From contig NC_067400.1 in assembly GCF_016432865.1 (NCBI RefSeq), forward strand, positions 245,148,001 through 245,212,000: 64,000 nt of DNA. Reading direction: 5' to 3'. This document shows positions 24,181 to 37,465 of this stretch, piece by piece. The notes beneath the pieces are model-generated. The model ran no database searches, was not told where the DNA came from, and saw nothing but the letters and a program-made list of their open reading frames with translations. Both the position numbers and the translations under genes were made by a program. Source of the DNA: Antechinus flavipes (Eukaryota). The stretch's first letter is position 1. The number at the start of each line of letters is the position of its first letter.

Positions 24181-26365
24181 AGCTCCTCTTATAACAAACA
24201 TGGCTTATCCTTGTAGGAAAACAGATAGTGCCTGATATATTACAGTGGGCTATAGGGAACTGAACAAACTTAACATAGCCACCCCTAAAGCTGATTCTGA
24301 CTTCACCAAAAATTGTAGAACAGCTAATTCAGGCCTAAAGTAAGGGAGGTAGGGAAGTACAAGAGTTATTTACCTTACCAATGCTTGTTTCTCTATTCCT
24401 ATGGTCAAGACTAGTCTGGGAAAGTGTCTTCTATACCTTCTCCATGGTTACTTGACCTTTCATACAGCCATGTTATAGTAAGCAGATACCTGAAACAGGT
24501 CTTTCTTCCTGAAGGCACTGATATATACCACTACATTGATAATATAATACTGGCTGAACCAGAAGAGGCTATGGTGGCAGAAATCTTGGATCAGATAGAA
24601 AATAAAGAATTAGGGTTGGAAAATCAACCCTAAAAAAATCTAGAATTCACCCTACTCATTCAAGTTGGATATAATAATGAATGGAGAAACCTTCAGATGA
24701 TTCCAGGCATAGTACAGAATACACTATTGATACTTGTTTTCCCATAACTTAATAAGAAAGCCCAGAGATTTATATGACTCTTCAGATTTGGAGTACTTAT
24801 TGTTCCCATTGGATATCTTGATGGTACTCATTTACCAAGACACTTACAAAGCCACCTTTTTTTTTTTTTAAAGTGGGGCCCAAAGTAGGCTATAACCTCA
24901 AAAGATATAAAGACAGATATATAATAGTCTTTCTTCTTAGACCATTATGACTCTGCAAGGCCAACATTCTAGAAATTTTTATACCATAAAGACTAGGCTG
25001 AATAGAACCTTTAGCAATCATCAAAGGGTATTGTTAGGCATGTGAACCTTCAAGTTCCCTAAGGCAGCCATTCATAACAGAACTTTTGAAAAGCAGTTGC
25101 TTGATGGAATAGAGTAAATACTAAACAGAAGATGTAGGGTTGAACAATCATCTTTTTCCCCCTATACTTTACAATTATGTCTATTGTTGTTGGATTTCAA
25201 TAAATCAAGTCCTGATTTGTAGTATTTGCAAGTTTTTAAGGTACAAATACTCAGACTAAAAGTCTAACAATTGATTTTTGCAAGCTGCTATGAACTAGCT
25301 CCAAACACACCTCTGGATACAATCTTTCTGAGGGCAAAGACTACCTTTTTGAATTTGGGTTCCCAGGGTTTAAGTAAAGTACCTGGCACATTGTGAGATC
25401 ATATAAACTCCTATATCATTTAAATTTTTTTGAAATCTGGCCCCTTTCTACCTCTTTAATCTACTTACACATCTTCTTAAAAGACAGACAAGTCTACTTG
25501 CTATTCCTCCCAATTAAATCTTCACTTCCTATTTCTGTGCATTAGCAAAGAATTGGCATTTGATGTTCTTCAGACTTATAATGCTTTCGTGACATCTATG
25601 CCCTTATTGTTTGGAGCACCCAACTTTCTTCAAGACTCAGCTTAAGAACTATTTTCTGCATGAAGCCTTTCATCATCCCTTTACTTATTAGTGTCTTTCC
25701 CTTCACAGTTACTTGTTATATGATTTGTATATCTGTTAGAACAGGGATTGTTTCAGTTTTTTCTTTGTATCTTCAGAGATTAGTACAGTAATAAGCAGTT
25801 TGTTAAATGCTCAATTCTTACTCTTTTGTTGATTGATTTCATTTATATTGTGAGAATGAGAATCAAAAGATGGCCAATTACAATATTTGTAATACAATAT
25901 TTGTATCTCTGAGATACTAAAACATGTGGAAAGCTTTAATGGTACTAGATATAAACTTCATATAGGGTTTATGTGAAAACATGTAAAAGGACCACACAGA
26001 GTGAGAAGGCTTAGAAAGACTTCCACTTAAGAAGAAAAATTATTTACATCAATGGACATGTAAAATGTGTCCATTGTTTCATGGACACATAAAAATGTAA
26101 GTATGTAGAGTAACAGCTAATCTAAGATCTTCATTTACAAATTCATCATCAACATAGCTAGACATAGGTTAAATCATTTTTTGATCAAATCCTGTTATTT
26201 GTCAGTTTTGGTTATTGATTTTTCTACAGAATATTTTTATTTACATATTTTATATATCAAAAGTTTCCATGGATTTAGATGTATATTTAAATGCATATCT
26301 GAAAGAATATATCCTAAAGTATGGCATTATTCAAGCCCTTTTGAAAAATAAAAATAGGAACTTAC

Positions 26366-26409
26366 CAGAGAATTGTTTGATGGCTACAGGTCTCACTTTG
26401 TAAGGAGTG
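26366..26409 (-). CDS. PDE9A: PDE9A coding exon 4 (44 nt, TPYKVRPVAIKQFS)
   Basis: Acceptor tcttttttacag|C, donor CTG|gtaagt; matches recalled TPYKVRPVAIKQLS; phase 2 to 1. Confidence 0.97.
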
Positions 26410-26874
26410 CTGTAAAAAAGACCATAGTTCCTTTTTTATTGACCCATAAAATCTTATCTTATGTTGAGTATAAGAGATTTATACTTAGAGTCAGTTAAAA
26501 TTCAACAGACTGAGAAATAAGTTGCTTAGGAAGTTCTGATCTCTTCTACAGTTGAATTTTAAGTGTTTTAAAATAATTGTTGATAATCATTCATGAAACT
26601 CATAAATGACCAGCAAAACAAATATTGTAACAATTTTAGAACTGACCATGTTCAAATGTATCAGTTGAAGTAATTACTACATGACTATTACCTGACTTCT
26701 TATAATCCCAAATTAGAAAGGTAATCCAAGAATATTTTTGAATATTTCTTATTTAATCATTAAAAGTGCAAACACTTTCTCATTAATTAGTCACCACTTC
26801 AGTTAAATGAATACTGATTTGTTAGTACACTTGAGAAACTCAACTTTTGTTCAGTCGCTTCAATAATATCTCTG

Positions 26875-27490
26875 ACTCAAAAAAAAAAAACAGCTTGTTT
26901 TCAAAATATATGCCAAGATCGTTTTCAACATTTGCCCTTGCAAAATCTTGTGTCATATTTTTCTCCCTCCCTTCCCCTACTCCCTCCTCTAAACAGCAAG
27001 TAATCCAATATGTATTAAACATATGCAGTTCTTCTATATGTGTTTCCATTTATAATGCCGCATTAGGAAAATCAGACCAAAAAGGGAAAAAAATAACAAA
27101 CAAAAGGAAAAGCAAGCAAACAACAACAAGAAAAAGATGAAAATACTGTGCTGTGATCCACATTCAATCCCCATAGTCCTGGGTGCAGATGGCTCTCTCC
27201 CATCACAAATCTATTGGAATTAGCTTGAATCAACTCATTGAAAAGAACCACATCCATCAGAGTTGATCATCACATAATCTTGTTGCTGTTTACAATGTTC
27301 TCTTGGTTCTACTCATTTCAATTAGTATATTTCACATAAGTCTCTTCAGGCCTTTCTGAAATCAACCTGTTTGTTACAGAACAATAAAATTCCACAATAT
27401 TCATCTATGATAATTTATTCAGCCATTTTACAACTGATGGGCATTCACTTAGTTTCTAGTTCTTTGCCACTACAAAAAAGGCTGCTTTGG
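26875..27490 (-). mobile_element. L1 3' fragment
   Basis: Same 3' UTR text as 4283-5175 (gccatttctacaactgatggg...gccactacaaaaaag-like). Confidence 0.85.
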
Positions 27491-28384
27491 GATACAAACA
27501 ATATTTGATTCTTTGTGACCCCATTTCAGATTTCCTTTGCAACAATACCAAAGTGTTTTGCTATTTTGTTCTCCAACTTATTTTATAGATGATATACTAA
27601 GGCAAACAGGATTAGGTGACTTGCCTAGGGGCCTGCAGGTAATAAGTGCCTGAGGCCAGATTTGAATTCAGGAAGGGGAATCTTTCTGATTCCAGGTCTG
27701 GCATTCTATCTACTAATCCATCTAGCTGATCTATGCAATTTATTAACAGAGCATTCAATAATACAAAATACAATAAATAATTATAATATTTAGCTGTGAG
27801 ATAGATTACTTCTCAAGTCACTCCTAACAATCACTATTACTCAAATATAGTCTCACCATTCAGACTTTACAGAGAGCAATCAAAGCCTTTCATAAAGAAG
27901 AATAATACTCTATTGCTAATATAAAGATAAATTCAATCACTTGGTAGAATAAATTTATTCTTTCTGTTACCTCATAGTTAATCTCTAGAAGTGACAGGAA
28001 AACAATTGACTCATAGGTGACGGTTAGATTTTTTTATAGCTCACAATAAAAACTTAAAATTTTTCTTTCTTTTTATAGAAGAGAATTAAAACTCAGTTTC
28101 TCTAAAATAATTAAAATTCAATTTCTTTTCAAATAGCATTTAAAGCTATTTGTCCCTATCAACTTCTCATAGATAAATTAAGTTCTAGCTATTCCCATTA
28201 CATCGTAAGAAAATAGTAGTTAGATTGCCATTTTCTTGCATACTTTTCAGAGAATGATCACTGACCTATAATTATTCAAGATAACAAAGCCAGCAAAGAT
28301 GGAGGAGTATGGGGAAACAGTACATCCTAATTCTCCCCCACAATGACTCTGTAAAAGATCTAAGAAAAATATCAGACTGAGGGC

Positions 28385-28680
28385 ATTCTTAATCCTTCAT
28401 TTAGATGAGGATCATTGACATCATAGAGTGATGTCTTGACTTGTTCATGAATTGGATTTGAGTGGGCAGAGTTACACAGTGTCTTCAGGCTCTTTCTTCC
28501 AGACTCAATGAAGTCCAGCAGCACTACAAAAAGTGAGGATAATTGGTGGTGCCCCAGGATACCGTGGATGACCACGAGGTCTTTAATATCTAGGGTAGAC
28601 ATCCCCCTAACACTTCAAACAAGTTTGAAAACTGTCAATTATCCTCAACCTGGTTTAGTTTGTTCTGAAAATTTAGGAGT
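28385..28680. mobile_element. Marsupial interspersed repeat (MdoRep1-like, name from memory); a longer copy in the opposite orientation lies at ~44235-44760
   Basis: gacatcatagagtgatgtcttgac...tgaattggatttgagtg at ~28420 is homologous to the reverse complement of ~44660-44750. Confidence 0.55.
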
Positions 28681-29559
28681 CATTTTTTGATTTCATACCC
28701 TAGGTAAGTAACCAAAACAGTGGAACAGGAATGAATCTGCAGCTCTATCACTTTGACCCCAGAAAAGGATGCTATACTATACTATAGTATACTATATCTA
28801 TAATCCTGGTTCAAGATCTAGATTAAAAGTCCCTTATGCAGTCCTGCAGCTCTAACCTCTGAATCTATGGTCGTCCAGACAACTGGTAAGCTATGTTTAG
28901 CAATTGTCTACTGGAGGTACAGCTCTACAACTATGCTGTTTTATCCCATACTTGGCTCTGATGCCTAGAAAGTCCATGAAGGCCCTGATAAGAAAGCTGT
29001 CTAGATAATCTCAGTGAATTTACCGTCCTTTGGCTGGAACTGCTCTATGATTCCTGAAGAACATAACACTCAGTAAACAGAGAAAGCAGGAACAAAATCC
29101 TAGACAATACATAGCAGGATCAAACAAGGTCCCAACTTACTCTTTAAAAGTGCTCAGCACCTGATTCAAATAAAAGTCCCAATTCAGGGTGTAAGGCTGG
29201 AAGAATGATTAAATCTGAAAAAAGATTCCTTATAATAATGTGTCACCACGAATTCTCAAAACAGAAACCCAGCAGTAATAAGTAACACAAAAAGTATGAA
29301 TTCCTCCTCTCATGCCCTTATAAAAGCATTTTTAAACATGTGCATCTCATTCCTTTTCCTAGACCTCCACATCAAATACTGTAGAGGGCTAAAACTGGTG
29401 CTAGTGCAGTCATCACAAAATGCCTCCATCCTTTTCCTCCTAACTGTTAAGTAAGATATTATCTGATAATGGCTTAAGTTATAACACTTTCCAGATGTAT
29501 GTGTTGTTGTAGGGGACTCAAAAACATATAAGCCTTCATGTCTCAAGGAAATGAAACTG

Positions 29560-29700
29560 AGGCAGCTAGATGGTATAGTAGATAGAATACTGACCCTGAA
29601 ATCAGGAGGACTTGAATTCAAATCCAGCCTCAAATACTTAATACTTATTAGCTGTGTGACCCTTAATCTCAATTGCCTTGTCAAAAAAAAAAAAAAAAAG
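29560..29700 (+). mobile_element. WSINE1-like tRNA-derived SINE
   Basis: ggcagctagatgg...gtagatagaa...aggaggacttgaattcaaatccagcctca...gctgtgtgacc...caattgcc plus poly(A). Confidence 0.85.
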
Positions 29701-31714
29701 GATAAAAAAATGATACCATATTGGCAAAATGATATTTGTCTCTCAAGTAAGAATGCTAGAAGAGACCTTCAAGAATACCTACTTAATTTCCCTCCCTGGG
29801 GATAAGGAAAGTAAGGAGAGTACACTGCTTGAGAGGCAGTGTGGAATAATGGAGAGGAGTTTGCCTTGAAATGCAGAAAATCTGGATTCAACTCCTGCTT
29901 CTGAAACATAGTGGCTATGTGAGCAAGAACATATCATTTGTCACTTACCTCTCAATGCCTTTAAGCAACTTAAGACTGAGTAGAGAGAAACTGGTAGAGA
30001 GAATTTTATCATTGGGACTTGGCTATAATCATGAAATAGTATATTTCATATATAGGGTGGCAGGGAGACAGGAGGATCCCTCTTCTTTTTAACTCCTTTT
30101 TAGCCAAGCCAACCTACTCTTTAACCCAATTAGCTGCTTTACTGCTGACACCACTTGGATGAGATGAAATTAACCAACTCTTCCTTCCATTGAGATGGAT
30201 GGTGATCACGAATCCTAATCATCTACCCTTTCTCTAGCATTGTTATCTGAATTATAGATGTAACTTAAAGATCCTAGGGCCACACCACCTACCCTACCCT
30301 TGTATCCTAGGGATTTTCTAGCTATTCCATTTATTATGATTTTATGTGTTAGCTCTTCCTAAGAGAGTAAGCTCCTTGAGAGTAGTAACTATCTCCTTAT
30401 TTTCTGGTTTTATCCCCAGTTAATTTTAAAAGCACTTATGAAGTTTGAAACAAGTTTGGCAGGTTAACATATGAACACAGCTAGAATGAGTTCCTGTAAA
30501 AAGATTTGTTTCCTCCCTTCATTGGTTAAACTTTATTTCCAGGGATTTTTGTTGTTTTCAGTTTTTTTTTTTTTTTCCCTTGCTCCTTGTTTAGAATTCC
30601 AGTTTATTTCTCACTTTGCTATGCAGTACCTTTGTATTATATCCACATATTTAAATTTAAAAATTGTAAATTCCTCTCCGTCCCCCACCTAGAGAAGCTA
30701 TTCACATGAACAGTATACTACTTCTATCCTTTTTGGAAGGAGGTGAAAGGAATTCACTCCATGAGTCAGCTAAGAGTAAATGCTGGTTATCTTTAATTAA
30801 GAGGGGACAATAAATAAAAACTTAAATAGCCTACTGGCCCTTTTATTGACTAGCCAAGTGGAGCCACTAAATGGTTTACAAAACATCTGAAAATTCATTG
30901 ATTAAATCTAAAGCACCTTGGACATCTCTTAGTAAGAGAATGGTAATTTCCTCAAAACAGTAAAAGCAGAGGCAAGAAGCATCAGGCAAGAAGCATGTTG
31001 ATGGTTCAGCAGGACAGAGCAAAAACTCCAACAAATAGTAGCACAGAAACAATAGAGAAGCAATGCATAGAAGCTTCAGAGCTTTGGATAGTACTTTAGA
31101 ACATTACATTGTAGAAGTGGAATCATCCAAAAGTAGCACAAAAGCTCTAGGCAATAAGGATCCATGGAATTATAATCGGTAGCAACAGCAAGAAATGGAG
31201 AAAAAATTGTGGAAAATCATGTAGGAGATTTTCCAGCTACAATGCAACAAAGAGACTATAAAACCTTTCCTCTCCTCATGCATGAGATTTCTTCTTCCCT
31301 TCTCCAGCAAAACATTACAAAGCTTCTATTTTTTTTAGTGACATTTCCATTGTTTAAGCTGCCTCTGCTGAAACATTTGACAACACTAAGGACAGGAATA
31401 GTGAACAATTTCTGTTCTAGTTTTTCAGTAGCTGGGGCTGCTGAGGAGGTAGAATGAATAACAACTTTAGTAGTAATTGCCATGTCAGGTCTTTACAAGT
31501 TTGCTTCCATGACCAATGGCTACAGAGGGTATCCTAGAGGCAGTGGATGCAGTCAGAGGAATGCAGCTAGTCCTAGATCTCTTGGGTTTACCTACCAAGT
31601 AAAAGCTGGTTGTAGTGGTTGGTGAACTCCTCTAGATGATGGATATAGAGGTCAGAAGTGGAAGTAGCACTGGTTCCCATTGCTCTTTCTATGTTAACTA
31701 CAAAAGTTTGGCCT

Positions 31715-32330
31715 AACCATATATACAGGGGGAAAATTCAGATTAAAAAAATTTTTTGAGGATGTCAGAATATATGAACAATGTCTATTATCAGAATTAT
31801 GACATGCAGTTACTTGGATGATCTATAGAGGTAGCTCATCAGTTTATATATCTGGGACAGATATTACAAATGGGCAACAATGGTTCAAAATTAAACCAGA
31901 AGGAGAAAACAAGCTGGACTGACTTTGAGAAACTGTGAAGCTCCTTTAAAAATGCTAAACATGCTCTAGAAACAAACACATATTTTTAATATCAATGTTT
32001 TGGTGGTAGTGTCATAAGACTGTGAGTCATAGAATTCTATAGTTTTCAAAGAATTGAAAATGACTTTCACCCAGAAGGCAAATGGAGAGGATTAAAGTGG
32101 GTGTGTGAGTAGGCTGCAACACAAAATAAATACTTATGAAGAACCAGAATAAAGTATATCATCAAATATACAAATATGTATGGGCAAAAAAAAAAAAAGA
32201 TGGATCAATCAGGTAGTAAGAACTGGACAGCTCATGTTCTCCACTGGTATCTGTGGGTTATCGAGAGAAAGTGATGGAGATCAACAGGCTGGACACTTTG
32301 GATTTAAAACAAGAACTGTATAGGTGAGGC
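31715..32330 (+). mobile_element. RTE-clade LINE, RT C-terminal remnant
   Basis: IEVAHQFIYLGQ (31825-31860), TSWTDFEKL and FNINVL...CES resemble RTE YxYLG, AGWxAFGKL and FNTxILPVxLYGCESW motifs. Confidence 0.75.
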
Positions 32331-33609
32331 AGGGGTGGATGAGTTTATGATTTACAGTATGGTAAGGAATTAACCATGTTAATGAGATCACAGGTCTATT
32401 GAAGTATACATTTTGCCATTCTTTCTCAATTATATATAAGTGTTAATTTATAAATCCTGCTAGAACTGTAATGAAGTACTGAATGGAACCTCAAAATGTA
32501 TTTTTTTCTCACACTGATTCTAGACTTTATTAATATATCTTTTAATTGTCCCACTGGGATATTTAAAAAAGCAAAACAAGTAGACCAGTTCTATTAAAAA
32601 AAAAAAAAAGGCTTATTGATGCTTTAAAAAAAACACACAACTGTCACTTTCCAAAAATCCCCTTGGCTGCCCTCTTTCCTACATAGAACTCTTCTTTGGA
32701 ACAAACAAAAGCAGTGAGATAGAAATTTTCACTGTGAAAATTTCTAATAGTTTATGCTACATTCCAATCCTGCTATCTATGACTATTCTACTGAGTATGT
32801 CAAATCATTAGCCCTCTAGAAGCAATATTGATTATTTCATTCAATCTGAGTTCTGATGTCTTTCAATATATTTTGCATATACATATATATGTTCCTACAA
32901 GTTTTCTAAATTTTTCATATTTGTTATTTCTTATAACAAAAAGTATTATATTCCATATTAACAAGCACTTATGACATGCTTCTTATGCATGAGACACTGA
33001 ATTAAATGCCAGAGACTCAAAGCAATAAGGAATTTTTATTACACTGAGTAGATATGTAAACATATAACATGTGCATGACAATTTGAGGAGGGGGAAAGCA
33101 CAGATAGACACAAGGATCAAGAATAACTTCCTAAAGGGGATGGCACCATTACTGAATACTGAATGAAGCTAGAATCTAAGAAGTAGAGATAATTACTACA
33201 TTGTAGGAAAACCACATTTATTCAGTCATTCCCCAAAATGTGTTTCTTTGTTTCTAAAAATTCTTGTTTTTTGAGGTTTTTGTTTTTGCTATCACTAGAA
33301 ATGCTGCTCTGAATACTTTGGTATAAATGAGCTCTTTCTGCCTATCTTTAGCCTTGATGAGTCATATGTCCAGTAGTGGGAGCACTAGGTCAAAGGATCA
33401 AATAGCCTGGTAACTTTTCTTACAATATAATGGATTCTAATGTCCATATTTCCTCTTTCCTCTTTCAGTTTTAGGGGATGTATTTTAAGCAAAATACCAT
33501 GATTTAAATCACCATTCCTCTGAGCTCCAAGTTAAAAAAATTAAGGAAAAATATTTAGGCAAAATATTCCATTTATTTTTATATCTAACCTATGGAATTC
33601 TACAATGGA

Positions 33610-33612
<3 letters not shown>

Positions 33613-33658
<46 letters not shown>
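33613..33658. repeat. (TG)23 microsatellite
   Basis: Read directly. Confidence 0.95.
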
Positions 33659-33663
<5 letters not shown>

Positions 33664-34374
33664 ATATGAAATATAACCTACATGGACAATGTGCATATAC
33701 CATATATAAATATGTATATATGTATATGGATAAATGTCTGTGGATTGACAGGCATCAGGAGGTTGAAGAAAAAACTGACTTTTTCTTGTGATTTCTTTCA
33801 TCCTAGAGAAGTACTCTCAGTAGCCTGTTAAACTGAAGAACTTTCTCAATATATCATTCTCTGACCCATCCTCTGATACCTTTATTCCTTAGAGGTATGC
33901 TGGAAAGTAAAATGCTACAATTCCCATTTCTGGATTTTTTCCTTCTATTGAACTTGTTGATAATTTATGGATAACTCCTAGAGTTGTGACCAAATTTCCC
34001 AGCCTATTGGAACAATTTCCTATCTGGCATTATTTTACTTCATCCAAAAGTTTTCAGAGACTTAGACTAAGGTATTTTGGGTGATTGATTGCTTGAGATA
34101 TGTTCTCATTTAATTCAGGCATCAGAGCCAATATGGTTCTTTATTATCTGGTTTAAATATATTCTCCAGAGCCTTCTGTCAAGAAATCTCCAGAAAAAGC
34201 TGTGTCAAATAGTTAGTAATTAAATAAAGTAATTAACATTCTTGTTTTCTTCAGAAGATTTAAAATCCCACTTTAGCAGAAAAAAACTCCCCAATTCCTC
34301 CCTCAAATTCCAGTCCCAAGATATCGTCCTCTCTTTTCCTCCTGAGAAGAAATACAGTTCTCAGGATTTTTAGC

Positions 34375-35290
34375 AACATAGGATACCTAGTCTAAGCTCT
34401 GCTAGAAAACTATTTCCTAGAATGCTAGAATGACATTCACATGAGGATAACATTGGTAGATTATGCAAAATCTATATTGAAAGTGATGAAAATCTGAATA
34501 TAGCTGGTAGCTGGAGTGAAGAGAAGAGGAAGAATTCAAGACATCATGAAAGTAGAAATATCTGATGGAGATGGGGTAAGAGAAAGGAAGTGAAAAATCA
34601 AGGATAATGTTGCGGTTACAAAATTGGGAGGGCAGAATAATAATGCCTTTGACTAAAGAAGAGAGAAGAATTTAAGGAGTAAGATAATTAGTTCAGTTTT
34701 AAATATGTGGGTTTAGGATGTCTCTTGGAAATTCAGTATGAAGAGTTCAATGGACAATTTGTGACATAGGAGTGAACCTTGGGATAGAGATTGACACTGG
34801 ATTTGTAGATCTGGGAGTTATGTGCATACAAATTATAGATATGGGAATTAAAAAGAAGGAGTAAAGAAGGGGTAAAGAGAAAAAAGAGCAGAGGGGTCCA
34901 GGACAGAACCTTGGGGAGCATCCACAGAAGAAGGGATGATGTAGATGATGAGCCAGCAAGAGTCTAGTAGTACAGGAAGGAGATAAACTAGGAGAGAGTA
35001 GTGTCACAAAAATTCAGAGAAAAGAGTATCCAGGAGAAGATAGTCAACAAAATGAAATGTAGCAATTAGGCTGAGAAGAATTAGGAGGAAAGATATGGCA
35101 AGTAAGAGAAAAATACTAACTTTGGAGAGAATAGTTTTAATTGACTGATGAAATCTGAGAAAGATTTTAAAATGAGAAGTGCATGAAAAGAAGGAGTAAG
35201 AGATTATAGAAAACTTTTTCAAGGAATTGAGCTGAGAAAAGGAAGAAAGATATATGACAACAGCATAAGGAGATTGAAAGATAAATTGTT
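34375..35290 (-). mobile_element. L2 LINE RT region
   Basis: ORF 34733-34921 LPKVLSWTPLLFF resembles the GVPQGSVLGPLLF RT motif; purine-rich plus strand. Confidence 0.75.
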
Positions 35291-35489
35291 GCTCAATTCT
35301 CTATTTTCTCGTAGGTGGTAGCTCCGTGTCTTTACAGGGTATGATGGAAGAATATTCCTGAAAATCAGAATGTGTGTATAAGAAATATCTAACAGGCTGC
35401 AAAGTCACTTGACCTTTATCTAAAATTGGAAGGAATCCTAGAAACCAATTCCCTCATTTATAGTGAAGAGTAGATGAGTTCAGTAAAAT

Positions 35490-35730
35490 AGCATGTGCAG
35501 AGAATGCCAGGCCTAAAGTCAGAAAGATATCTTCCTGAGTTCAAATGTAGCCTCAGCTATTTCTTAGCTGTCTGATCCTGGGTAAGTTACTTAACCCTAT
35601 TTGCCTCAGTTTTCTTATCTGTAAAATGAGCTAGAGAAGGAAATAATAAACCATTTCAGTATCTTTGCCAAGAAAAATCCCAAATGGGGTTACAAAAAGT
35701 CAGACAAAATGGAAATAAATGAACAACAAT
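35490..35730 (+). mobile_element. MAR1-type CORE-SINE nested in a MIR fragment
   Basis: CORE (gcctcagttttcttatctgtaaaatgag) followed by the RTE-derived tail cagtatctttgccaagaaaaatcccaaatgggg. Confidence 0.8.
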
Positions 35731-36789
35731 GATAATAGATGAGGAACTTGAGGCCTATGTAGACCCAGGTAATAAATATCAGAGATAGGATTCGAACACA
35801 GGTCTTCAGAGATAATAGTCTTTCCAATGAACCATGCTGCCTCCCCTCTCACTACAGAAAGAAGCATCTTGAGAACCAATCCAGGGGGAATTAGGGAACA
35901 CTTTCTTATCTATGTAGATTATGGGCATTCAATTTAACTCTAATCAACCTTATCAATGAATTTTTATTGAGAATAAACATAATACAGGTTCTAAAAGGAA
36001 TATACAAAAAAAGTACTAGGGATTGTCCTTGTTTTTGCTATTTGTATTCAAAATATATAACTCCATGCTTGACATATAAGTGCTTAACATATGCTTTATT
36101 CATTTATTTATTCAATACAATAATATTATGGTATTTTGCTGTCATAGAATTTACCAATTTTTTGAGAGACAAGACCAAATTTAACATTGAAAACAAATAT
36201 TAATTGATCAACTATCATTAGCTAACTACAGTGCTAGATGTCATAGGAGTATAGGCAGTTATGCAAAAATTCAGTGCTTTTAGGAAAGCTATAATTTATT
36301 TAGGGAGATAATACATACAAAACAGTAATATGACACTAAAAAATATAAATAACACTTCTGAATGACAGGACAACAAGATAGATATTACACAGTAGTATAA
36401 AGATATTAGATTAATTTCTAAAACAACAATTTCAAAAAAGTTCACAGAAAAGAAAACTCATGTAGGATGATGAAAAGTCTTTACAGATTAGATGAATTTT
36501 TGCTGGTCTTGAAGAATGATGAGTGGGTAGACTTTCTACAGGTCAGTATATGTATGTGAATGAGGGTTGGAAAATAAGAGGTAAAGAAAGTATAGGCCAC
36601 ATTAGGAGCAAAGTTTTTTGGTTTTAGACACTACAACTTAAGAAGAACATTGGCAAACTATAATATACACAGAGCAGAATGAGGAGGATGAGAGGAAAAT
36701 TAGAGGAACTAGTTAGTTTTTTTTTTTTTTAATATTGAATGAATTAGTGAAATTTCCTGTTTAAAGGAATTTTATTAAGAATATTTTCA

Positions 36790-36940
36790 GGGTAGCTAAA
36801 TGGCACAGTGGATAGAGCACCAGCCCTGAACTCAGGAGGACCTGAATTCAAATCTGATCTCAGATACTTAACACTTCCTAGCTGTGTGACCCTGGGCAAG
36901 TCACTTAAAACACCCCCCTCGGAAACCCCCCCCCCAAAAA
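36790..36940 (+). mobile_element. WSINE1-like SINE with 11-bp TSD
   Basis: Head gggtagctaaatggcacagtggatagagcaccagccctg; TSD aagaatatttt at 36777-36787 and 36941-36951. Confidence 0.9.
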
Positions 36941-37387
36941 AAGAATATTTTTATATTGCTGCAAAGTAAATAATATAATAAGCTATAAAAATACAGTTTC
37001 TGATCTGGGTTTGCTTCAAGCAAATTATGTCTGTCAGTTTAAAACTACTAGATAGTAATTATTTGGGAAGCAAAATTTGTCTGCTAATAAAAATTAAGAA
37101 CACATGCATCTGTTCTCTCCAAAATCTGGTATTTAGAAGTGTGGGATATTGCACATGTTGTCAGACAAGGTTGATATGTTGGTAAATTTGTTGGATTGCT
37201 TTTGTTCCTCTTTCTTTTTTTACTTTTTGTTATAAGGTATACCTTGCTGAACAAGAAATATATTTGGAAATGAAGGTGACACAAAAACTCAATAGAACAA
37301 GAAAAAGAGAATGGGAAGATTTTTTTTTTTTAATTACAGAACACTGTGTTAGGTCACATAGTATGATAAAAAAGAAAATGTTATTAC

Positions 37388-37465
37388 CTTTCTGAATTTG
37401 TTGGCATTGTTGGATCAATAGAAACCAGAGCATCATCTATGGTCAAAAGTGATATTGTTGTATTC
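37388..37465 (-). CDS. PDE9A: PDE9A coding exon 3 (78 nt, [26 protein letters not shown])
   Basis: Acceptor atatctttcag|G, donor AAG|gtaata; matches recalled [26 protein letters not shown]; symmetric phase 2 to 2. Confidence 0.97.

Larger units (their letters stand above)
22400..25140 (+). mobile_element. Class III (ERV-L-like) endogenous retrovirus remnant: gag, protease and RT/connection
   Basis: RT VIPAPLITNMAYPCRKTDSA*YITVGYRELNK, LLHGY, HYIDNIIL (24532-24543 YIDN) and FEKQLL near 25085; protease LYPGS (LDTGS-like) at 23497; weaker gag-like KYKTDE...AWSKG in ORF 22527-22778. Confidence 0.8.
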
